Of a stretch of DNA of 30,677 nt, positions 23,806 to 30,677 are shown piece by piece (the first letter of the stretch is position 1; every line of letters starts with the position of its first letter). The notes below the pieces were generated by a model. It saw only the letters and a list, made by a program, of their open reading frames with translations. It did not search any database and was not told where the DNA came from. The translations under genes were made by a program, and so were the position numbers. Source of the DNA: Candidatus Woesearchaeota archaeon (GTDB lineage: Archaea > Nanobdellota > Nanobdellia > Woesearchaeales > GW2011-AR9); assembly GCA_016185625.1 (NCBI GenBank), contig JACPND010000040.1, positions 1-30,677 of the forward strand, given 5' to 3'.

Positions 23806-23846
23806 CTCAGTTTGACGTATCTTCTCCATCTTCATAATTCTTTTAA

Positions 23847-25307
23847 ATGCGGTCCTCATGGGATCATCGGGGTGAAAAAGAAGTGATCCGTCTTGGCCTT
23901 ACCTACAATGATGTTCTGCTCGTCCCTAAACGGACTCCTTTAAACTCGAGAACCGAAGCGGACGTGAAAACAAAATTCACCCGCAATCTTCCATTGAACA
24001 GCCCTTTAGTCAGCGCCAACATGGCGACTGTCACGGAACACAAGATGGCCATTGCCCTGGCGAGAGAAGGCGGTCTGGGGGTCATTCATCAGTTTGGCAC
24101 GATTGAAGACCAAATAGAAGAAATCGCCAAAGTGAAGAAAAGCACCAGTTACATCATCGAAAATCCGGTATCCGTTGCTCCAACGCTCACAATCGAGAAA
24201 GCAGTGCAGATTATGAAGAAAGAAAATGTGACCAGCCTGCTGGTGGTCGAGGAGGATCAATTGGTGGGAATTTTTACCTCCCGTGATTATCTGTTTGAAG
24301 ATGACAGGAATAAGAACATCAGCGCAGTCATGACACCCCAGTACAAATTAGTGACCGCCGCCTACGGCATTGAGTTAGAAGAAGCCAAGCACATTCTACA
24401 TCGGCACCGGATTGAAAAGCTGCCCCTGCTGGATCATGGAAAAGTCCGTGGTCTGATTACCACGCAAGACATCAAGAAATTAGAATATTGGCCGCACGCC
24501 AGCCGAGACCAGAAAGGCCGTTTGTGTGTAGGGGCAGCAGTAGGAGTGAAAGACGCGTTAGAACGCGCCAGAGCTTGTATCGATGCAGGAGTAGACGTTC
24601 TGGTTCTGGACATCGCCCATGGCCATTCGGAATTAGCGATTCAGCGGCTGAGGGAATTAAAAGCAGCCTTCCCATTGATCGACGTCATGGCCGGAAATAT
24701 TGCGACTGCGGAAGCAGCCTTGGATTTAATTGAAGCTGGAGCAGACGGACTAAAAGTGGGAATAGGGCCCAGTCCGGTCTGTACGACGCGGATCATTGCC
24801 GGATCGGGTGTTCCACAGTTGACCGCGGTCATGGACGTGGTGAGCATCGCCAAACGTTATAACCTGCCCGTATGCGCCGATGGCGGATTGAAATATCCGG
24901 GTGATGTCGCCAAAGCGATAGCTGCCGGGGCCAGCACGATTTTTTCCGGCTATCTTTTCGCAGGAACTGAGGAAGCGCCGGGCATGATCATCATGAAAGA
25001 TGGCAAGCGCTACAAGAAATACATGGGCAGTGCTTCCTATGACAGCAATCACGAACGGCGGGAAATGCAGGAAGGCAAGCAGGTCAAAGAGCGCTTAGAC
25101 GTGTTTGTGGAAGGAGTGGCTATCCTGGTGGATTATAAGGGTCCGGTGCAGGATGTCATTCACGCCCTGCTCAAAGGACTGCAAAGCGGGATGAGCTATT
25201 GCGGCGCCGGCACAGTCTTAGAAATGCAGGAAAAAGCGGAATTTATCCAAATAACTCCTGGCGGCTGGGAAGAAAGCAAAGAACGAGGGCAGAAATTAAG
25301 CGATTGA
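23847..25307 (+). CDS. guaB: IMP dehydrogenase
   Basis: [15 protein letters not shown]-terminus, an inserted CBS pair, the catalytic loop [11 protein letters not shown], and [17 protein letters not shown]. The in-frame GTG at 23883 is an alternative start. Confidence 0.92.
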   Translation: MRSSWDHRGEKEVIRLGLTYNDVLLVPKRTPLNSRTEADVKTKFTRNLPLNSPLVSANMATVTEHKMAIALAREGGLGVIHQFGTIEDQIEEIAKVKKSTSYIIENPVSVAPTLTIEKAVQIMKKENVTSLLVVEEDQLVGIFTSRDYLFEDDRNKNISAVMTPQYKLVTAAYGIELEEAKHILHRHRIEKLPLLDHGKVRGLITTQDIKKLEYWPHASRDQKGRLCVGAAVGVKDALERARACIDAGVDVLVLDIAHGHSELAIQRLRELKAAFPLIDVMAGNIATAEAALDLIEAGADGLKVGIGPSPVCTTRIIAGSGVPQLTAVMDVVSIAKRYNLPVCADGGLKYPGDVAKAIAAGASTIFSGYLFAGTEEAPGMIIMKDGKRYKKYMGSASYDSNHERREMQEGKQVKERLDVFVEGVAILVDYKGPVQDVIHALLKGLQSGMSYCGAGTVLEMQEKAEFIQITPGGWEESKERGQKLSD

Positions 25308-25444
25308 TCTATTCGTCCAAGTCATCGTCACCGCTGTCCGAATCGTCTTCCCATTCGTCATCTACAGCTAGCCTGTTCATGATTCTCAACCCTCCACCGG
25401 GTAGCTCTTAAATGAGCTTAACTTTTTAAATCTTACGCTGAAAA

Positions 25445-25616
25445 GGCACTATCCGTTTTGTAGGTGAGGCTAGGCCAATAAGTGTCTGACCAAGAGAACT
25501 ATCTGCTCAAGTTAATGTCCGAAAATTATGAATAATTACGTGAGTTGTGCAGCTTGGAAAAAATCTGATTTTCGGTTGGTCAGACGGCCAGCCATCACTC
25601 ATTTTTGGGATTGTAC
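25445..25616. mobile_element. MITE-like element, family I, copy b (inverted relative to copy a)
   Basis: Aligns end to end with the reverse complement of 12130-12302 at roughly nine positions in ten by hand alignment. The right terminus has decayed (GGGATTGTAC). The flanking 9-mers CGCTGAAAA and CGCAAGAAC match at only 5 of 9. Confidence 0.75.
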
Positions 25617-25833
25617 CGCAAGAACCCAATTAATTCTTATTGTTTGCCATTCATACTTATAGTAAGTGACCTAAATTTTTATACAAATGTCACTTACTAT
25701 ATTCGAAGGACATATCAATTTTGTATATCTTGGGCTAGGCACAAGACTTGAAATCCGTAGATTTCATTGATTATTTATGTCCTTCGCTATAACATTCTAA
25801 GAATCACCAATACCCGCTGAAAATTGAGGCCTT

Positions 25834-25846
25834 AAAGTTTTTAAAC
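25834..25846 (+). promoter_or_regulatory. TATA-like box of valS
   Basis: AAAGTTTTTAAAC centred about 27 nt upstream of ATG 25868. Confidence 0.4.
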
Positions 25847-25867
25847 AAAGCAGGTTTCATCTAGCCT

Positions 25868-28342
25868 ATGGATGAACATTACCGCTCCAAAGAAGCCGAA
25901 CCGAAATGGCAGCAGTTCTGGGAAGAGAATGAGATTTACGTATTTCATCCTGATGCGAAACGTGAAACCTTTTCGATAGATACGCCGCCGCCCACCGTTT
26001 CGGGAAAGATGCACCTGGGGCATGCCTTCAGCTATACCCAGCAGGACATCATCGCCCGCTATCAGCGGATGAAGGGCAAGAATGTTTTTTTTCCTTTCGG
26101 CACGGATGACAATGGCTTACCTACTGAAAAATTAGTGGAGCAGAAAAAGAATGTTCTCTCCCGAACCCTGAGCCGTGAGGAGTTTGTCCGTCTCTGCCTC
26201 CAGGTTATCGAAGAAGAGAAGCCCAAATTCATCCACAGCTGGAAAGAGATCGGCATGAGTGCTGATTTCAAAGGATCATATTCTACCATCAACCAGCACA
26301 GCCAAATTACCTCCCAGGCATCGTTTATCGAGCTCTATCAAAAAGGCCGGATTTACCAGCAGGAATCTCCCTCTACGTTTTGCGTGGCCTGTCAGACCGC
26401 TATCGCCCAGGCAGAATTTGAAAATATCGAGATGAAATCTCATTTCAATGATATCGCCTTCAAAGCGCAGGGAAAAGATGTCATCATCTCCACCACGCGG
26501 CCGGAACTGATTCCCGCCTGTGTGGCGTTATTTTATCACCCGGATGATGTCCGCTATACGGCGTGGAAAGGAAAATTTGCGAGGGTTCCGCTGTTTGATT
26601 ATGACGTTCCTTTTCTGGCTGATGCCTCGGTCGATCCGGAGAAAGGAACGGGATTGATGATGGTCTGTACCTTTGGGGATAAAGAAGATGTGGATAAATG
26701 GCATCGCTTTCATCTGCCGTTGCGCGTGGTCATCGAAAAATATGGGCGGATGAATGAATTAGCCGGTGAATTCAAAGGGCTTAAACTCAAAGAAGCCCGG
26801 CAGAAGATTCTGGAAAAGCTCAAAGAACAGGGCTACCTTCTCCGACAGCAGGAAATCAGTCATCCTGTCAATGTACATGAACGCTGCAAGACCGAGATTG
26901 AATTTCTCAAGACCAAGCAATGGTACATCAGAATTCTCGACCGGAAGGAAGAATTACTGGAAGCAGGAAATCAGATCGCCTGGTATCCGCCTCATATGAA
27001 AGTGCGTTATGATCACTGGGTGCAGAATCTGAATTGGGATTGGTGTATCAGCCGGCAGCGGCATTTCGGCATTCCTCTTCCGGCGTGGAGGTGTAAAAAG
27101 TGCAATACGATTATTTTGCCCGACACCAAAGATCTGCCCGTTGATCCCGCGATTCATGCTCCGAAAAAGCCTTGCCGCTGCGGATCAACGCAGTTTATTT
27201 CCGAAACGGACGTCCTGGATACCTGGGCTACGTCGTCATTGACGCCGGAAATCGCCGGTAATTGGGTTCATCATGGCGAATATGGCTATGTCTTTGACAA
27301 CAAGCCCTTCGCCCTCCGTCCGCAGGCGCACGATATTATCCGGACCTGGCTGTTTTATACGATGGTCCAGAGCTCGTATCATCATGGCCGGGTTCCCTGG
27401 AAAAATGTGATGATCTCCGGCCATGCCCAGGATCCGCAGGGGAGAAAGATGTCCAAGTCTTTAGGAAATATCATCGAACCGCAGGCCATGATCCAAAAAT
27501 ATTCGGCTGATGCCCTGCGTTTTTGGGCCGCTGGCTCGAAACTCGGCGATGACCTGCCCTTTCTGGAGAAGGATCTGGTCACCGGGCAGAAATGTGTGAC
27601 TAAGCTCTGGAATGCCTCTAAATTGAGCCTGCTGCATCTGCAGGATTATATGCCAGAGAATATATTAGATAATAATGGCCAGGATGGCAGAAAGAGAGCT
27701 ACACTAGAACTCTTCGACCGCTGGCTGCTCAGCAGGCTGCATCGCGTGATTCAGGAAAGCACCGAATCATTTGACCATTATGAATATTCCCAGACCAAAT
27801 TAGGCGTGGAGAACTTCTTCTGGCATGTCTTTTGTGATTATTATTTGGAGATAGCGAAGGATCGGCTCTATAATCCAAATCGCCGCGGCGTGGAGGCGCG
27901 AAAAAGCGCCCAGTATGCCTTATATGAAGCGCTGCTCAGTATTGTAAAAATGATGGCGCCGATCATGCCTCATATCACCGAAGAGATCTATCAGCAGTAT
28001 TTTGCGCAAAAAGAGAAACAATCAAGCCTGCATCTTTCCTCCTGGCCGAAATTTGATCCAAGATTCATCGATGCCGATGCCGAAGCTGCGGGTGATCTGG
28101 GAATGGATATCATTGCTGCCGTGCGCAAACATAAATCTGAAGAAAAAGTCTCCATCAAAGAGGAAATTGCCGAACTGGTGGTGGAAAGCCAGGAGCCAGG
28201 TTTTGCGGACGTAATCTATGCGCTGCAGGATGATCTGAAAGCCACGCTTTCCTGTCAGGTGCTGAAGCTGACGGGCAAGACTTCATTTGAAAGTGAAAAA
28301 TTTGGAGTGAAAATCGGCGCCACCTTTGCGAAAGGTTTTTAA
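25868..28342 (+). CDS. valS: valyl-tRNA synthetase
   Basis: Class I motifs HLGH (in PPPTVSGKMHLGHAFSY) and KMSKS, plus DWCISRQRHFGIPLPAW. The PPP-x-x-SG N-terminal context and the 824-aa length fit archaeal ValRS better than IleRS or LeuRS. Confidence 0.85.
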   Translation: MDEHYRSKEAEPKWQQFWEENEIYVFHPDAKRETFSIDTPPPTVSGKMHLGHAFSYTQQDIIARYQRMKGKNVFFPFGTDDNGLPTEKLVEQKKNVLSRTLSREEFVRLCLQVIEEEKPKFIHSWKEIGMSADFKGSYSTINQHSQITSQASFIELYQKGRIYQQESPSTFCVACQTAIAQAEFENIEMKSHFNDIAFKAQGKDVIISTTRPELIPACVALFYHPDDVRYTAWKGKFARVPLFDYDVPFLADASVDPEKGTGLMMVCTFGDKEDVDKWHRFHLPLRVVIEKYGRMNELAGEFKGLKLKEARQKILEKLKEQGYLLRQQEISHPVNVHERCKTEIEFLKTKQWYIRILDRKEELLEAGNQIAWYPPHMKVRYDHWVQNLNWDWCISRQRHFGIPLPAWRCKKCNTIILPDTKDLPVDPAIHAPKKPCRCGSTQFISETDVLDTWATSSLTPEIAGNWVHHGEYGYVFDNKPFALRPQAHDIIRTWLFYTMVQSSYHHGRVPWKNVMISGHAQDPQGRKMSKSLGNIIEPQAMIQKYSADALRFWAAGSKLGDDLPFLEKDLVTGQKCVTKLWNASKLSLLHLQDYMPENILDNNGQDGRKRATLELFDRWLLSRLHRVIQESTESFDHYEYSQTKLGVENFFWHVFCDYYLEIAKDRLYNPNRRGVEARKSAQYALYEALLSIVKMMAPIMPHITEEIYQQYFAQKEKQSSLHLSSWPKFDPRFIDADAEAAGDLGMDIIAAVRKHKSEEKVSIKEEIAELVVESQEPGFADVIYALQDDLKATLSCQVLKLTGKTSFESEKFGVKIGATFAKGF

Positions 28343-28411
28343 TGAGAATCCCTCTTTTTAGCGTAAAACCATCAAAGGGGGGATTCCTTCTTATGGTCAG
28401 AGGTGTTTACT

Positions 28412-28573
28412 ATGGTTGAAGGCTATTGTGTTAAGTGTAAGGCAAAACGGGAAATGTCCGATGCCAAAGAAGTTTCCATGAAAGGAAAAGGCGGCGTTAC
28501 GCGGAAAGCCATGAAAGGAAAATGCCCGAAATGCGGCACGACCATGTTCAGAATCATGGGCAAGAAAAAGTAA
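28412..28573 (+). CDS. small Zn-ribbon protein (CxxC...CxxC)
   Basis: 53-aa ORF absent from the track: MVEGYCVKCKAKREMSDAKEVSMKGKGGVTRKAMKGKCPKCGTTMFRIMGKKK. From memory it resembles the widespread DUF5679-type small proteins. Confidence 0.6.
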   Translation: MVEGYCVKCKAKREMSDAKEVSMKGKGGVTRKAMKGKCPKCGTTMFRIMGKKK

Positions 28574-28639
28574 GGCTAAAACGTAAAGTCAATAAGAAAA
28601 AAGCAAGATTAATAAGTACTCTTTTCTTTCTTCTTTTTT

Positions 28640-29287
28640 ATGATTAAAGCGGTGGGTTTTGACTTTGACGGCACGCTGATCATGTCTGAGGAGCGTAAGG
28701 CGCAGGCAATGGCCAGAGTGTTGGCAGAACAGTTCGGGATTAGGAAAGGCGTGGAAAGAGCCTATCGCCAGGTGCGAGGCCTCAATCGGAATCGGAAGGT
28801 CGCCAAATTACTGCAGAAATTTCTCAAAAGAGCGCCGACGAAGATGGAAATCAAGAATGCGGAAAAGTCTTTTGCGAAGTATTATCAGACCTTTCTGCAG
28901 GCTTGTCCGCTTTTCCAATGCACGAACGTGATCCAGGAATTGAAAAAGCAGGTTGATTTTTTGTTTCTGCTCAGCTTGGAGAATGAAGAAGAGGTCGTGA
29001 AGGTAGCGAAACATTGCGGCCTAGTAAAATTTTTTGACGAGATTCTGGGCGGACCTCCCACGAAAGTGGAAAACTTAAAACACATCATCAAAAAACACCA
29101 TCTCCTGCCGCGGGAAATGCTCTATATCGCCGATGCCAGTTCTGATATTGCGGCCACCAAAAAAGTGGGAGTGAAGATCGTCCTCATCGGCCGGAAATTC
29201 AATTATCATGATCTGCTGCAGGAACTGCAGGCGGATTTCGTCTTCAGTTCGCTCTGTGAAGTGCCGTATCTGGAAAAGCTGCAATAA
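28640..29287 (+). CDS. HAD-superfamily hydrolase
   Basis: N-terminal motif I FDFDGTL. Later YIADASSDIAATKKVG supplies the motif IV acidic residues. Confidence 0.8.
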   Translation: MIKAVGFDFDGTLIMSEERKAQAMARVLAEQFGIRKGVERAYRQVRGLNRNRKVAKLLQKFLKRAPTKMEIKNAEKSFAKYYQTFLQACPLFQCTNVIQELKKQVDFLFLLSLENEEEVVKVAKHCGLVKFFDEILGGPPTKVENLKHIIKKHHLLPREMLYIADASSDIAATKKVGVKIVLIGRKFNYHDLLQELQADFVFSSLCEVPYLEKLQ

Positions 29288-29295
29288 GGCCAGAG

Positions 29296-29460
29296 AGCAC
29301 TATCCAAAAAGTGAGTGATGCGCCAATGAGTGCAGTGAGGGAGAAGGTATAGTGCTGTTCTGAGGTCGGATTAGCACTATCAACACAATGAGATAACTGA
29401 CAAATACCCGGCAATCGATCCACCTGAACTGCTGCGCATCACTCACAAAACGGATAGTGA
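29296..29460. mobile_element. MITE-like element, family I termini with an unrelated core (copy d)
   Basis: Ends are AGCACTATCC-AAAAA-GTGAGTGATG and CATCACTCAC-AAAAC-GGATAGTGA. The flanking 9-mers AGGCCAGAG and CAGCCAGAG match at 7 of 9. The interior lacks the GTCTGACCAA boxes of copies a-c. Confidence 0.65.
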
Positions 29461-29582
29461 CAGCCAGAGCGAGTAACGTAAACCTCTTAGTCGGAGAAAA
29501 GATTTATAATATCAAAGTCCTTTATATTCTTAAATCTGAATACACTACAGAAATTATTACAAACTAGAGGAGGACAATAAAG

Positions 29583-29702
29583 ATGGGCAAAGAACTAAAA
29601 GATAGATTAAAACAATTTTTAACAATTGTTGGTTGGATTATTATTGGATTTGCAGTTATAGCACTGACAAGATTTATTATAAAATCTGGTGTATTGAGAT
29701 GA
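29583..29702 (+). CDS. 39-aa single-TM peptide
   Basis: GAGGAGG lies 9 nt upstream of the ATG. Sequence: MGKELKDRLKQFLTIVGWIIIGFAVIALTRFIIKSGVLR. The stop overlaps the next ATG (ATGA). Not in the track. Confidence 0.45.
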   Translation: MGKELKDRLKQFLTIVGWIIIGFAVIALTRFIIKSGVLR

Positions 29703-29881
29703 CTCTCTATAGAACCACATTAATTTTTGCAGAAATACTTGGCGTGATTTTAGCAGGTATTTGGATAATTTACAAAATTAATGCAATGCAGATAGACGAT
29801 TTAATATTAAACACTGCAACCTATTCTCTGATGATTTATGTAGCTATTGGAAACCTCATAGAACAAGTGTTTAAAAGTTAA
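29699..29881 (+). CDS. 60-aa two-TM peptide
   Basis: MTLYRTTLIFAEILGVILAGIWIIYKINAMQIDDLILNTATYSLMIYVAIGNLIEQVFKS. The track ORF 29633-29881 starts at an upstream TTG. The ATG at 29699 is coupled to the preceding peptide gene. Confidence 0.45.
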   Translation: MTLYRTTLIFAEILGVILAGIWIIYKINAMQIDDLILNTATYSLMIYVAIGNLIEQVFKS

Positions 29882-29942
29882 ATAGTGAAGTAATGAATTC
29901 CTCCCCCGGGATGTGGCATCCAACCCTAGAATGTTATGAAGA

Positions 29943-30677
29943 ATGGCTAAAACCAAACCCGTACTCACAGATTCTGTACTTCGGATATTTTCCTATAGTT
30001 GGATGGCCTGGTTTGCGCTTCCCATCCTCTTTCTTACGTTTCTTGTCGTATTCAAATCCGTGGCCGTGAGCGCGGTTCTTCAGGATATGCGATTTTGGTA
30101 TGCCTTTCTGATCAGTTTGGCAGCCGCGTTGGTGGTCATTATTCTGACACCTCTCTTTGCCATACCGACGGCCTATTTTCTGACCTACCGGAATTTCCGA
30201 CATCAAAAAGTGGCGGAGTCCATCCTGATTGATATTCCCCAGACTTTTCCGCCGGTCGCGGTAGGAGTCATTTATCTGTTTGCATTTGGACCAAATTCTC
30301 CTCTTAATCTGGCGTATACGTTCATGGCTGTGGTGATTGCCAAACTGTTTGTTTCGGCGCCGTTTACGCTGAGCCACACCCTGCGGAAATTCCGGGAGAT
30401 TAAACAGTCAAAATTAGATTTAGTGGCTCGTTCGCTGGGATCAGACACCAAACATCTTCTGTTCAGAGTCTTGATACCCTTGGCCCGGAATGATATTGTG
30501 GCCGGACTGACGCTCTCCTGGGCACGGGCAATGGGTGAATTTGGCGGCTCGCTGATTTTTGCCGGCGTGATTGCCTATAAGACGGAAATTTTGCCCACCT
30601 ATACCAGCCGCGTGGTCACCATCGATCCTTTTCTGGCCCTCGCTGCGACGTTGGTATTAACTTTCTTTTCCATCCTC
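29943..30677 (+). CDS. ABC transporter permease, molybdate/tungstate/sulfate (ModB/WtpB-like) type, 3' end outside the window
   Basis: Frame open from ATG 29943 to the window end (245 codons). It is absent from the track because there is no stop. ARSLGSDTKHLLFRVLIPLARNDIVAGLTLSWARAMGEFGGSLIFAG is the EAA-loop region typical of ModB-like permeases. Confidence 0.75.
   Translation, partial: MAKTKPVLTDSVLRIFSYSWMAWFALPILFLTFLVVFKSVAVSAVLQDMRFWYAFLISLAAALVVIILTPLFAIPTAYFLTYRNFRHQKVAESILIDIPQTFPPVAVGVIYLFAFGPNSPLNLAYTFMAVVIAKLFVSAPFTLSHTLRKFREIKQSKLDLVARSLGSDTKHLLFRVLIPLARNDIVAGLTLSWARAMGEFGGSLIFAGVIAYKTEILPTYTSRVVTIDPFLALAATLVLTFFSIL

Noticed and set aside
29934-30377. 147-aa minus-strand ORF rich in Arg, Lys and His
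   Set aside because: It is antisense to an open frame running from 29943 to the window end that encodes a ModB-like ABC permease with an EAA loop. The composition of the antisense product is typical of a shadow ORF.

Overview
This 30.7-kb window reads as an archaeal chromosome fragment: a housekeeping backbone heavily interrupted by accessory and mobile DNA. Archaeal origin is supported by an aEF-1beta gene preceded by its usual small Zn-ribbon partner, and by a tRNA-Trp(CCA) with a 46-nt intron after anticodon-loop position 37. It is also supported by a geranylgeranyl reductase gene and by A/T-rich TATA-like boxes centred about 26 nt upstream of operon-first start codons, while internal genes carry GGAGG-type ribosome-binding sites.

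Backbone genes:
- geranylgeranyl reductase
- an amino-acid permease
- tRNA-Trp
- PspC-domain protein
- RtcA
- a LivJ/H/M/G/F-type ABC transporter
- Zn-ribbon protein plus aEF-1beta
- IMP dehydrogenase
- valyl-tRNA synthetase
- a small Zn-ribbon protein
- a HAD hydrolase
- a ModB-like permease, cut by the window end

Accessory content:
- an AbiEi/AbiEii-like pair bracketed by a ~120-bp duplication of the reductase gene end
- VapBC next to the tRNA
- an MNT/HEPN pair wedged between livJ and livH, with a remnant of the livH 5' end left behind
- two further nucleotidyltransferase genes, one decapitated by a repeat and one coupled to a glycerate-3-kinase-like P-loop kinase
- two transposase gene remnants
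- four copies of a ~170-bp MITE-like element with split terminal inverted repeats and 9-bp target-site duplications
- a 97-bp perfect direct repeat built from two long hairpins

The most system-like unexplained locus is a tightly packed four-gene minus-strand operon (4619-10526). All four proteins are envelope proteins of unknown function, and one has a porin-like C-terminal beta-barrel signature, which is unexpected in an archaeon. All functional calls rest on motifs I recognise by eye in the translations. No database or HMM search could be run.
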